Source of the DNA: Dehalococcoidia bacterium
GTDB taxonomy: Bacteria; Chloroflexota; Dehalococcoidia; Tepidiformales; Tepidiformaceae
Assembly (NCBI GenBank): GCA_022824925.1
Contig: JAJDYW010000018.1
Coordinates: 35 to 64,034, forward strand
Length of the DNA stretch: 64,000 bases
Direction of reading: 5' to 3'
Within the stretch, counting starts at the first letter, position 1; the number at the start of each line of letters is the position of its first letter. Positions 37,325 through 46,073 of the stretch are shown here, piece after piece. A program made the position numbers and the translations under genes. The notes beneath the pieces are model-generated. The model was not told the DNA's origin and searched no databases. It worked only from the letters and a program-made list of their open reading frames with translations.

Positions 37325-37908
37325 CGCGTCCACGTCCCTCCCCTCAGGTCGAGGAAGTTCTGCAGCAGGTCCTTCCCGTGCTCCGTCGCGATCGATTCCG
37401 GGTGGAACTGCACGCCCTCGACCGTGAAGCGTTCGTGCCGTACGCCCATGATGACACCGCTCTCCGAGCGCGCCGTCACCGTGAGCGACTCCGGCAGGCT
37501 CGGCGGGTCGGCCGCCAGCGAGTGGTAGCGCACCGCCGTGAACGGGTCGGGCAGCCCCGCGAAGACGCCCTGTCCGTCGTGGCTGATGGACGAGGTTTTG
37601 CCGTGCTTGATCTCCCCCGCCCCCACGATCTCCCCGCCGAACGCCTCCGAGATGCACTGGTGTCCGAGACAGACCCCCAGCACCGGCGTCCGCCCCGCGA
37701 AACGCCGCACGATCTCCGTGGAGATCCCCGCTCCCGCCGGCCGCCCCGGCCCCGGCGAGATCACCACGCGCTCCGGGTCCAGCGCCTCGCACTCACCGAC
37801 CGTGACCTTGTCGTTCCGGTGCACCACGATCTCCGCGCCCAGCTCCGAGAGGTACTGGTAGAGGTTGTAGGTGAAGCTGTCGTAGTTGTCGATCAGGAGC
37901 GTCGTCAT
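37321..37908 (-). CDS. trpG: anthranilate synthase component II (glutamine amidotransferase)
   Basis: LLIDNYDSFTYNL, ISPGPGRP, GVCLGHQ, GVQFHPES. Confidence 0.9.
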   Translation of the reverse strand: MTTLLIDNYDSFTYNLYQYLSELGAEIVVHRNDKVTVGECEALDPERVVISPGPGRPAGAGISTEIVRRFAGRTPVLGVCLGHQCISEAFGGEIVGAGEIKHGKTSSISHDGQGVFAGLPDPFTAVRYHSLAADPPSLPESLTVTARSESGVIMGVRHERFTVEGVQFHPESIATEHGKDLLQNFLDLRGGTWTR

Positions 37909-38237
37909 CGGTCCAGCCCCCCTTCCGCCGCCAGGTCCGCCGCCACCTCCCGCAGCGCCACCGCGAGCTCCTCGGGCGTGTAGCCGAAGCCACGCCGGTC
38001 CAGGTGGAACTTCTCCGCCAGGTAGGCCGTGTCGACCGCCCCCGGCGAGCCCAGGTCGAGCGGGTAGGCCGTCCCCGGCTCCCCCAGCAGCACGACCAGG
38101 AAGTAGCCGTCCCCGGCCCCGCGCGCGTAGGGCGCCGTCTCTTCCAGCAGCGGCACGAGCGCCAGGTCGATCGCGTTCGCGCGGTAGAAGCGCGCCGCCA
38201 CGTGCGTGACCGCCTTCGCGGGCGCCGTCCCCGTCAC
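37905..38237 (-). CDS. hypothetical protein (110 aa) embedded in the trp operon
   Basis: Protein-like composition. Its GTG start overlaps the HAD stop and its stop overlaps the trpG ATG. I recognise no family. Confidence 0.5.
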   Translation of the reverse strand: MTGTAPAKAVTHVAARFYRANAIDLALVPLLEETAPYARGAGDGYFLVVLLGEPGTAYPLDLGSPGAVDTAYLAEKFHLDRRGFGYTPEELAVALREVAADLAAEGGLDR

Positions 38238-38890
38238 GATGTCGCCCCCGCGGCCACGCGGCGCACGTATGCCAGCACCTCCGAGGGGTGCGCCGCCAGC
38301 AGGTCCGGCGCCTCCGCCTCCAGCCGCTCCGGGGCCAGCGACCCCCAGGTCGCCCCGATCGCGTGGCAGCCCGCCGCCCGCGCCGCCTTCACGTCCGCGG
38401 GCGTGTCCCCCACGTACGCGATCTGCGAGGGCTCATCGAGCACCATCCGCTCCATCGCCACGAACAGCGGGTCCGGCTCCGGCTTGTGGCGCTCGCAGTC
38501 GTCGTGTCCCACCACCGTCGCGAAGCGGTCCAGCAGACCCATGCGCGTCAGCTCGCCCGTCGCTCCCCACGAGATCTTCGAGGTCACCACCGCCAGGTCG
38601 AGTCCATCCGCACGCATCGCGTCCAGCGTCTCGACGATGCCCGCGAACGGCTCCGGGTCGAAGTCGATCGCGTAGTAGATCTCCCGGTAGCGCTCGGCGA
38701 AGCGCAGCCAGTCGTCGCCCATCAGCTCCCGTGAGAGCGCCTCCAGCGTGCGACCGTTGTGCTCCCGCCAGACCCGCTCCGGGTCGGGCCTCGTGCCGAG
38801 GCAGTCCTCGTACGTCCCCGCCAGCGCTTCCATGCGCCCCGGAAGCGTGTTCAGCACCGTGTCGTCCAGGTCCCAGAAGACGGCCCTCAT
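38234..38890 (-). CDS. HAD-IA family phosphatase
   Basis: Motif I FWDLDDTVLNT, motif II VVTSK, motif IV VGDTPADVKAARAAG. ATG 38890 is aa 202 of the track ORF. Confidence 0.8.
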   Translation of the reverse strand: MRAVFWDLDDTVLNTLPGRMEALAGTYEDCLGTRPDPERVWREHNGRTLEALSRELMGDDWLRFAERYREIYYAIDFDPEPFAGIVETLDAMRADGLDLAVVTSKISWGATGELTRMGLLDRFATVVGHDDCERHKPEPDPLFVAMERMVLDEPSQIAYVGDTPADVKAARAAGCHAIGATWGSLAPERLEAEAPDLLAAHPSEVLAYVRRVAAGATS

Positions 38891-39750
38891 GGCGAAGCCT
38901 CCGGCCGCGGGATGCCCCGCTCCGCGAACACGTCCTCCATCACCGGCCACGCCGAGAGCGCCGCCGGGAAGCCCGCGTAGACGGCCACCATCCGCAGCGT
39001 CTCGACTACCTCCTCCGGTGTCGCCCCGTGGTTCAGCGCCCCGTTCAGGTGCGACCGCAGCTGCGCCGTCCGCCCCGTGAGCGCCGCCAGCATCGCCACC
39101 ACCTCCAGGCTGCGCGTGCGCCGGTCGAGGCGGTCCGTGCCCCAGACCTCCCCCAGTGCGAAGTCGACCACATCGTCGGCGAGCTCCGGGGCCCGCGCCC
39201 GCAGGCCCGCGTGGCGCTCGTCCGGGTCGCCCCCGCCCGAGAGCGTGCGCAGGACGTCCCGCCCCGCCTCCCGCCTCGACGCGAACGGCCCAGCCGCATC
39301 GGTGTCGGTTTCGGCCCCCATCTCGCGTTGGAGCGCGCTCAGGATGGCGGCGCTGTCGTCGCGTGGCCGGGCCAGCCCGAAGGCGGCGAGGATGCCCGCC
39401 CGGACGTGGTCGTCCATGGCCACGTCCGCGAGGGCCTCGGGCGCGCTCCACAGGGCCTCGGTTCCGTCCCCCGGCGCCGGCTCTCCCTCCCACTCGCTCG
39501 TCGCGAACAGGTTGAAGATCATGTGCCCGTCACCGTCCGGGATGAACAGCGTCTCGTAGAACGCCTCCTCGATCGCCTCCACCGTCACCCCCATGCCCCC
39601 GAGGATCGCCGCCATCCCCTGGTCGACATCCTCGTGCTCCGGCAGGAGGTCGCCGCCCGGGAGGCCCCACGCCTCCTCCCCGCTCCCGCGCAGGAGGAGC
39701 AGCTCCCCCTCCCGCTCGAGGATCGCCGCCAGGTGGATTCGCTGCGCCAT
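38887..39750 (-). CDS. fusion: degenerate Nudix-fold domain + carboxymuconolactone decarboxylase (AhpD/PcaC-like) domain
   Basis: N-terminus: WGLPGGDLLPEHEDVDQGMAAILGGMG, a Nudix-box scaffold lacking REx2EE. C-terminus: LDRRTRSLEVVAMLAALTG...HLNGALNHGATPEEVVETLRMVAVYAGFPAA. ATG 39750 is preceded by GGAGGG. Confidence 0.7.
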   Translation of the reverse strand: MAQRIHLAAILEREGELLLLRGSGEEAWGLPGGDLLPEHEDVDQGMAAILGGMGVTVEAIEEAFYETLFIPDGDGHMIFNLFATSEWEGEPAPGDGTEALWSAPEALADVAMDDHVRAGILAAFGLARPRDDSAAILSALQREMGAETDTDAAGPFASRREAGRDVLRTLSGGGDPDERHAGLRARAPELADDVVDFALGEVWGTDRLDRRTRSLEVVAMLAALTGRTAQLRSHLNGALNHGATPEEVVETLRMVAVYAGFPAALSAWPVMEDVFAERGIPRPEASP

Positions 39751-39754
39751 GTCC

Positions 39755-41236
39755 CTACCCTCCAACCCGCTCGGGCGCCTGCTGGGCCGCCGCCAGCTCG
39801 GCCTGGTCGATGGCTCGTTCGAGCGCCAGCGTCTTGTTGATGCTCTCCTCGTATTCCGCTGCCGGTTCCGAGTCGTACACGATGCCCCCGCCGGCCTGCA
39901 GGTAGGCGTTCCCGTCCTTCACCACCATCGTGCGGATGGCGATGCAGGTGTCCAGGCTCCCGGCGAAGCTCGCGTACCCCACCGCCCCCGCGTAGATGCC
40001 CCGCTTCTCCTCCTCCAGGTCCGCGATGATCTCCATCGCCCGCACCTTCGGCGCCCCCGACACCGTGCCCGCCGGGAACACCGAGCGGAACGCGTCGTAC
40101 GGCGTGCGGTCCTCCCGCAGCCGGCCGGAGACGCGCGAGACGATGTGCATCACGTGCGAGTACCGCTCGATCTCCATCAGCTGGTCGACCCGCACCGTGC
40201 CCGGCTCCGCCACCCGCCCCACGTCGTTCCGTCCCAGGTCCACCAGCATGATGTGTTCGGCCCGCTCCTTCTCGTCTCCCAGCAGCTCCTCCGCGAGCGC
40301 GTCGTCCTCCTCGGGCGTCGCCCCCCGCGGCCGCGTCCCCGCGATCGGGTGCGTCGTCACGACCCCGTCCTCCACCCGCACGAGCATCTCCGGGGATGCG
40401 CCCACGATCTGGAAGTCGTCCAGGTCCAGGTAGAACATGTAGGGCGAGGGGTTCACCGTCCGCAGCTGCCGGTAGATCGTGAACGGATGCACCGAGGTCG
40501 GGCGCCGGATGCGCTGCGACGGCACCGCCTGGATGACCTCCCCCCCGACCACGTCCTCGCGGATGCGCTCCACCATCAGCTCGTAGCCCTCCCGCCCCAC
40601 GTTCGAGACGCCCTGCGCGCTCGCCAGGGCCACCTCCTCCACCTCCTCGACCGGCAGCGCCAGCGGCCGGCTCAGCCGCCCCACGATCCCGTCGATGGTC
40701 GCCGCCGCCGCCGCGTACGACGCCTCGATGTCGCCGTCGAGGCGGCAGTGTGCGACCGCCCGGATCGTGTGGCGCACGTGGTCGAACACGACCATCGAGT
40801 CGCACAGCAGGAACATCGCCTCCGGGATCCCGACGGGGTCCGCCTCGTTCGAGGGCACGCGCGGCTCGAAGTGGCGGATGGCCTCGTAGCTCACGTATCC
40901 CACCGCCCCGCCGGTCAGGCGCGGCAGCCCCGGCAGCTCGACCGCCTGCAGTCCCGCCAGCGCCTCCTGCAGCGGAACGAGCGGGTCGCCGTCGTAGGCC
41001 TCCCCCGGACCCGTGCGGATGACCTGGTACGGGTTCGCCCCGATGAACGAGTAGCGCGCCAGCCGCTCGCCCCCCTCCACCGACTCCAGCAGGAACGAGT
41101 GCCGCCCCTCGCGCACCTTCAGGTACGCCGAGACGGGCGTCTCGAGGTCGGCCGCCACCTCGCGGTAGACCGGCACGAGGTTCCCCCCGCCCGTCTCCGC
41201 GAGCACCTTCACCTCGTCGAGCGCTGGGTGCAGCAC
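39755..41236 (-). CDS. trpE: anthranilate synthase component I
   Basis: LLESVEGGERLARYSF, SPYMFYLDL, GTVSGAPKVRAMEII, GGGIVYDS. Confidence 0.95.
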   Translation of the reverse strand: MLHPALDEVKVLAETGGGNLVPVYREVAADLETPVSAYLKVREGRHSFLLESVEGGERLARYSFIGANPYQVIRTGPGEAYDGDPLVPLQEALAGLQAVELPGLPRLTGGAVGYVSYEAIRHFEPRVPSNEADPVGIPEAMFLLCDSMVVFDHVRHTIRAVAHCRLDGDIEASYAAAAATIDGIVGRLSRPLALPVEEVEEVALASAQGVSNVGREGYELMVERIREDVVGGEVIQAVPSQRIRRPTSVHPFTIYRQLRTVNPSPYMFYLDLDDFQIVGASPEMLVRVEDGVVTTHPIAGTRPRGATPEEDDALAEELLGDEKERAEHIMLVDLGRNDVGRVAEPGTVRVDQLMEIERYSHVMHIVSRVSGRLREDRTPYDAFRSVFPAGTVSGAPKVRAMEIIADLEEEKRGIYAGAVGYASFAGSLDTCIAIRTMVVKDGNAYLQAGGGIVYDSEPAAEYEESINKTLALERAIDQAELAAAQQAPERVGG

Positions 41237-41238
41237 GG

Positions 41239-42255
41239 TCAGCGGCTCCCCGGCGGATTGGCCAGGTAGTCGATCGCCATCGCGTCCCGCACCATCGCGA
41301 TCGTCTCCTGCGCCACCGCCCGCGCTCGCGAGGTCCCCGACTCGAGCGCGTCCCGCACCTCGCCCATGTGCGCCTCGTAGTACGCGCGCCGCTCCCGGAA
41401 CGGGTCGAGCAGGTTGTTCAGGGCGATCGTCAGCTTCTGCTTCACCTCCACGTCGCCCACGCGCCCCGCGACATAACGTTCTTTCAGGTCGTTCACCTCG
41501 TCCACGTCCGGGTTGAAGGCGTCGTGGTACATGAAGACCGGGTTCCCTTCCACGTGCCCCGGGTCCGTCGCCCGCAGCCGCGTCGGGTCGGTGAACATGC
41601 TTCGCACCTTCTTCGTGACCGTGTCGGCGTCGTCGCGAAGCTCGATCGTGTTGTTCAGCGACTTGCTCATCTTCGCCTGGCCGTCGAGCCCCACCAGCCG
41701 CGGCACGCGCCCCACCAGCCCCTCGGGCTCAGGGAACACCTCGCGGAACTGGCGGTTGAAGCGCCGCGCCAGCTCGCGCGTCATCTCGATGTGCGGCAAC
41801 TGGTCCTCGCCGACCGGCACCAGGTGCGCCCGCGGCATGAGAATGTTCGCCACCTGCATCACCGGGTAGGTGAAGAACGCCACCGGCACCGATTTCTTCC
41901 CGAAGTCCGCCATCTCCGCCTTCAGCGTGGGGTTGCGCTGCAGCATCCCCAGGGGCAGGTACCAGCTCAGCCACGTCGTCAGCTCGGCGTGCTCCGGCAC
42001 GAGGCTCTCGATTACGAAGCAGCTCTCCTCCGGGTCCAGCCCCACCGCCAGCCAGTCCAGCGCCACCTGCCAGACCGACTCGCGCACGCGCTCGAAGTCG
42101 TCCGCGTAGTCCGAGACCTGGTAGTCCGCGATCAGGAAGTGGCAGTCGTACTCCCGTTGCAGGCGGACCCAGTTCTCGAGCGCCCCGGCATAGTGGCCCA
42201 GGTGCAGCGCCCCGGTCGGACGAATGCCGGTCAGGATTCGCTTCCGCTCGCTCAT
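41239..42255 (-). CDS. trpS: tryptophan--tRNA ligase
   Basis: TGIRPTGALHLGHY (HIGH), KMSKSL, 338 aa. Confidence 0.95.
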   Translation of the reverse strand: MSERKRILTGIRPTGALHLGHYAGALENWVRLQREYDCHFLIADYQVSDYADDFERVRESVWQVALDWLAVGLDPEESCFVIESLVPEHAELTTWLSWYLPLGMLQRNPTLKAEMADFGKKSVPVAFFTYPVMQVANILMPRAHLVPVGEDQLPHIEMTRELARRFNRQFREVFPEPEGLVGRVPRLVGLDGQAKMSKSLNNTIELRDDADTVTKKVRSMFTDPTRLRATDPGHVEGNPVFMYHDAFNPDVDEVNDLKERYVAGRVGDVEVKQKLTIALNNLLDPFRERRAYYEAHMGEVRDALESGTSRARAVAQETIAMVRDAMAIDYLANPPGSR

Positions 42256-42292
42256 CGGTTCCCCCTGTCTCGTGCGGTGGCTGTGGGCGCCC

Positions 42293-42967
42293 TCAGGCGG
42301 CCGCCGTCTCGTAGCAGCCGTCGAGGAACCCCAGCAGCCGCTCGCTCGCCCGCTCCGCCGCCGCGACGACGGCCTCGCCGTCCTCGCACAGCTCCTCGAT
42401 CGCCGCCAGCTCCGAGCCCGAGTGGGCCACGTCGGAGACGAGGTGCACGGAGAAGAACTCGAACTGCCCGGGCAGCAGGTCGTAGTGCTCCGTGAGCCCC
42501 TTGATCTTCTCCCAGGCCACGCCCGGCACCTGCGACTCGTAGGCGTAGAGCGCCGCCAGCGCTTCCGCCACCGGTGCGTTCGCCGAGACGTCCGCGAAGT
42601 GCGCGATCAGCGCCGCCGTCTGCGGGTGCGGCTCCGCCCCCTCGACTTCCTCGCGGGAGACGCCCAGCGCCGCCGCGAACTCCAGCCAGAGCGCGGGATG
42701 GTTCCGCTCGCCGTGCTCCTCGTCCCAGAGGTTTTCCAGCAGGAGCTGCCGGACTCCCGGCGACTCCGTGCGCGCGTGGATCGCGCTCAGGAAGCGCGGA
42801 AACGCCCGCTCGAAGTGGTAGTACTGGCGCGCATAGTCCTGCAGGCGCTCCTTCTCCAGCGTGCCTGCGCTCCACGCCTGGTAGAAGGGGTGCGCCAGCA
42901 GCGACCGCTCCGCGATCGCCTCCCGCAGCCGCGCCCCCAGCGCCGTGCCCGTGTCCGTCATCGTCAT
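42293..42967 (-). CDS. CADD/CT610-like heme-oxygenase-like di-metal oxygenase (TenA/PqqC superfamily; candidate pABA synthase)
   Basis: HPFYQAWSAGTLEKERLQDYARQYYHFERAFPRFLSAIHAR, LLLENLWDEEHGERNHPALW, ALYAYESQVPGVAWEKIKGLTEHY, LLGFLDGCY. From memory, these run colinear with Chlamydia CT610. ATG 42967 is preceded by GAGGAGGG. Confidence 0.75.
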   Translation of the reverse strand: MTMTDTGTALGARLREAIAERSLLAHPFYQAWSAGTLEKERLQDYARQYYHFERAFPRFLSAIHARTESPGVRQLLLENLWDEEHGERNHPALWLEFAAALGVSREEVEGAEPHPQTAALIAHFADVSANAPVAEALAALYAYESQVPGVAWEKIKGLTEHYDLLPGQFEFFSVHLVSDVAHSGSELAAIEELCEDGEAVVAAAERASERLLGFLDGCYETAAA

Positions 42968-43073
42968 CTCCGACCCTCCTCGGTCTGTTTGCACAAGTCC
43001 TGGGTCTTCCCGGGGCCGCCACGTTCCCCCTTCGCGGCGGTGGACGCGCCGCGCGGGACGAGGCCGGCGGCCC

Positions 43074-43108
43074 AGAAAAAAAACCCGCCGTCCCAAAGGA
43101 CGGGGGTT
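43074..43108 (-). terminator. intrinsic terminator of the T-box leader (CCCCGUCC-UUUG-GGACGGCGGG + U8)
   Basis: The minus-strand hairpin is followed by eight U (A-run 43076-43083 on the plus strand), immediately 3' of the T-box motif. Confidence 0.8.
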
Positions 43109-43365
43109 CCCGCGGTGCCACCTTCATTCCCCGGCGCGACACGCCGGAGCGCTCAGCGGGCGCCTCTCCGTTGCCGGACGCAGCGCCCGGGGCCGCTAAC
43201 GGGGCCCATTCCGCCCCCGCCTACCCACCGTTTCCGGCTTCGGCGAGGGAGCTCCCGGGTCCATTCGCCGCTCGCGTGCCTGCCGGGCTTCCACCGTTCC
43301 CGGTTCGCTGCAAGGCCGCCTGAGCGGGTACTCCTCCCGATCGACGCTTCTTCGATTCGATTGTC
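43074..43365 (-). ncRNA. T-box riboswitch leader, predicted tryptophan (UGG) specificity
   Basis: The minus strand reads AAUGAAGGUGGCACCGCGG (43109-43127), against the consensus AAUUAGGGUGGUACCGCG. A candidate specifier GAA-UGG-A lies at 43260-43266. A GGUGGAA distal-loop-like element lies near 43290. The terminator follows. Confidence 0.8.
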
Positions 43366-43370
43366 CTTCG

Positions 43371-43399
43371 AGCCTAGGTGCGCGCGCCGAAGCGGTCAA
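43371..43399 (-). promoter_or_regulatory. sigma-70-like promoter for the T-box leader: -35 TTGACC, 17-nt spacer, -10 TAGGCT
   Basis: Read on the minus strand: TTGACC (43399-43394) and TAGGCT (43376-43371). Confidence 0.55.
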
Positions 43400-43415
43400 T
43401 ACGCGAAGCGCCCCG

Positions 43416-44261
43416 CTACTCCCCCGGCAGGAACTGAGTGAGCGCCGCCATCGCGTCCGGCTCGGTCAGCAGCGGCGGGTGGGCCGCTCCCGAAACCTCC
43501 ACGACGCGCGCGTCCGCGTGCTCGCGACCCATCTTCGCCGCCGTCTCCCGGCTCAGGATGTCGCTGTGCTCCCCGCGCAGCACGAGGATGGGGCACTTGA
43601 TCGACGTGTACCGCCGCCAGAGCTCCTCCTGCTCGGGCACGCCCATGCCCACATGGCGCGCCGCCGGGTCCATCTTCCAGACGTAGAGCCCGCTGTCGCT
43701 CAGGCGCACGTTCCAGCGGGCGTAGTCGGCCACGCGGTCGTCCGAGAGCCGCGCCGCCGCCGGGAAATGCTCCTTGTAGTAGTCCACCACCGCCTTCAGG
43801 TTGGGGAAGGCCGTGGGTGTCGTATCCGTCCGGTCGCTGATGCGGCCGACGCCGCCGGTGTCCAGGTCCGGACCGATGTCGTTCATCACGAGCGCCGTCA
43901 CGCGCTCGGGGTACGCCGCCGCGTAGGCCATCGCCACGCCGCCCCCCATCGCCGTCCCTACCACGGCGAACCGCTGCAGCCCCAGCGCCTCCCGCACCGC
44001 TTCCACGTCGGCCACGTACACATCCTGCGTGTACTCGTCGTGCGGCCCCCAGGCTGATTCGCCCCGGCCCCGGAAATCGAGCGCGAACACCTGGAAACGC
44101 TCCGCCAGGTCCGTCGCCACGCGGTCGAACATGCGCGCCTGCCCCACCAGGTTGTGCAGCAGGAGGACGCTCGGCGCCGTCGCTGCCCCACGGGCAATCA
44201 GGTGCTGCCGCAGCCCGTTTGCCTCGACGAAGATGTCCCGGACCCCGAACGCGCTCGTCAT
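43416..44261 (-). CDS. alpha/beta hydrolase
   Basis: VLLLHNLVG, nucleophile elbow VGTAMGGGVA, C-terminal GAAHPP. AGGAGG lies upstream, and TACAAT at 44294-44289. Confidence 0.8.
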   Translation of the reverse strand: MTSAFGVRDIFVEANGLRQHLIARGAATAPSVLLLHNLVGQARMFDRVATDLAERFQVFALDFRGRGESAWGPHDEYTQDVYVADVEAVREALGLQRFAVVGTAMGGGVAMAYAAAYPERVTALVMNDIGPDLDTGGVGRISDRTDTTPTAFPNLKAVVDYYKEHFPAAARLSDDRVADYARWNVRLSDSGLYVWKMDPAARHVGMGVPEQEELWRRYTSIKCPILVLRGEHSDILSRETAAKMGREHADARVVEVSGAAHPPLLTEPDAMAALTQFLPGE

Positions 44262-44337
44262 GGCTCGCCTCCTGTTGTCGCTCCTGCGATTGTACGGAAT
44301 CCGGGAGCGCCGATATGGAAGCGGGCTTCCCGGCGTC

Positions 44338-44721
44338 TCAGAGCGGCTGCCGCCCCGCGTACCCCGTCTCCATCGGGTGCCAGTAGGCCAGTTCCGTCTC
44401 GCTCAGCTCGTAACAGAGCAGCACTACCACGCCGTCCCGCTCGTGCGGGAAGTCGATCAACCCGCGCGCCGGGTCCTTCAGCTGGATACCCCACTCGTCC
44501 AGCTGTGCCATGCACTCCCGCAGGGCCGCCTCGTGCCGCTCGCGGTCCTCCGCGCGCGCCGGGGCCGCCAGCGGATGGCCGTCCGCCATCGCCGCCCGCC
44601 GCTCCGCCTCCTCCTGGGCGCGCGCCCCCCGCGGCGTCGCGAATGCCTCGCGCAGCCGCTCCAGCACCGGCCGCACCCGTGGCAGCAGGGCCCGCGCTTC
44701 CTCCACGCTGAACAGCCGCAC
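44338..44721 (-). CDS. DUF2203-like protein
   Basis: 127 aa. MRLFSVEEARALLPRVRPVLERL... resembles the DUF2203 N-terminus as I remember it. Its start lies 1 nt after the glgC stop codon. Confidence 0.45.
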   Translation of the reverse strand: MRLFSVEEARALLPRVRPVLERLREAFATPRGARAQEEAERRAAMADGHPLAAPARAEDRERHEAALRECMAQLDEWGIQLKDPARGLIDFPHERDGVVVLLCYELSETELAYWHPMETGYAGRQPL

Positions 44722-44722
44722 G

Positions 44723-46021
44723 TCAGACGAACAGGTGGAGCGGCATCTGCTCGGGAAGGACCGTCTCCCCCGACTCCACGGCCGTCAGCCCCGCCAGCTC
44801 CTCCTCCACCCCCGGCCCGATGATGACGTTCCGGCCCACGCTCATCCCGCCCGGAACGACCGCCCGCTTCCCCACGATCGAGATGCCGCAGTTCACGATG
44901 TCCGGCCGCGCCCGGTTCACCACCGACTCGTCCCCCGCTCCCACCGTCGCTCCTCGCCCCACCTCCACGTCCTTGTCCAGGATGGCGCGGTCGACCACCG
45001 CCCCGGAGCGGATCACGGCGTCGTGGCAGACGATCGAGTTCCGCACGACCGCCCCTTCTTCCACCACCACGCCCGGCGAGATGACCGAGCGTTCCACCAC
45101 CCCGTCGATCTGCGCCCCCGGGCAGATGAGCGAGTCGCTCGGCGCCGCGTCCGCTCCGAACCGCGCCGGCACAACCGGCGGCATCGCCGACCGCAAGGGC
45201 GCCTCCTTGTGGGAGAGGTCCAGCGGCGGCCGCTTCTCGATCAGGTCCATGTTCGCTTGCCAGTACGCCTCGATCGTGCCCACGTCGCGCCAGTAGTCGA
45301 GGTACTGGTACCCGAACACCCGCAGCCGCTCGAAGGTGCGCGGCACGATGTCCCTGCCGAAGTCGTGCGAGCTCCTGTCCCCGAGGCTCGCGTCCTCCTG
45401 CAGCGCCTCGATGAGCACGTCCCGGTTAAAGCAGTAGATCCCCATCGAGACCCACGGCGACGCCGGATTCGCGGGTTTCTCCTGGAAGTCGACCACGCGT
45501 CCGCTCCCGTCCAGCTCCAGCACGCCGAACCGGTGCGCCTCCTCCAGCGGCACCGAGTACACCCCGATGGTCACGTCTGCCTGCCGCTGCCGGTGATAGG
45601 CCACCAGGTTCCGGTACGACATCAGGTAGACGTGGTCCGCCGACAGGATCAGGACCTCCTCCGCCTGCGACTGCGCGATCAGGTAGAGGTTCTGGTAGAC
45701 CGCATCGGCCGTGCCCTGGTACCAGTCCATGTCCGCCCGCCCCAGGTACGGCTGCAGGATCTCCATGTGCCGGTCGGGCGTGTCGTAGCCCCAGGCCCGG
45801 CCCGACCCGATGTGGTTCACCAGCGACCGCGGCCGGTACTGGGTCAGCACCGCCACCTGCGCGATGTCGCTCGCCGCGCAGTTGCTCAGGGCGAAGTCCA
45901 CGATCCGGTACTGCCCCCCGAAGACCACCGCCGGCTTCGCCCGCTGCTCCGAGAGCACCGAGAGCCGGTCGCCCTGGCCGCCCGCCAGGATCAGCGCCAT
46001 CACGTCCTGCATGGCCGGCAT
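44723..46021 (-). CDS. glgC: glucose-1-phosphate adenylyltransferase
   Basis: [40 protein letters not shown], plus a left-handed beta-helix C-terminus. Confidence 0.9.
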   Translation of the reverse strand: MPAMQDVMALILAGGQGDRLSVLSEQRAKPAVVFGGQYRIVDFALSNCAASDIAQVAVLTQYRPRSLVNHIGSGRAWGYDTPDRHMEILQPYLGRADMDWYQGTADAVYQNLYLIAQSQAEEVLILSADHVYLMSYRNLVAYHRQRQADVTIGVYSVPLEEAHRFGVLELDGSGRVVDFQEKPANPASPWVSMGIYCFNRDVLIEALQEDASLGDRSSHDFGRDIVPRTFERLRVFGYQYLDYWRDVGTIEAYWQANMDLIEKRPPLDLSHKEAPLRSAMPPVVPARFGADAAPSDSLICPGAQIDGVVERSVISPGVVVEEGAVVRNSIVCHDAVIRSGAVVDRAILDKDVEVGRGATVGAGDESVVNRARPDIVNCGISIVGKRAVVPGGMSVGRNVIIGPGVEEELAGLTAVESGETVLPEQMPLHLFV

Positions 46022-46061
46022 TCTAAGCGCGCCCGCGAACGGACCTTGAGCGCCGAGCGGC

Positions 46062-46067
46062 TATGCT
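46062..46067 (+). promoter_or_regulatory. -10-like TATGCT, 6 nt upstream of GTG 46074 (leaderless-type)
   Basis: Read directly in the glgC / nadE divergent spacer. Confidence 0.3.
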
Positions 46068-46073
46068 GGGGCG

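Noticed and set aside
42968-43096. N-terminal extension of the CADD-like ORF (TTG 43096)
   Set aside because: The extension would be translated through the T-box terminator hairpin and U-tract (MGRRVFFLGRR...). ATG 42967 has a strong GAGGAGGG ribosome-binding site.
43196-43399. 67-aa minus-strand ORF inside the intergenic region
   Set aside because: It coincides with the T-box leader RNA, and its TTG start is the -35 box. The translation is Arg/Pro-rich.
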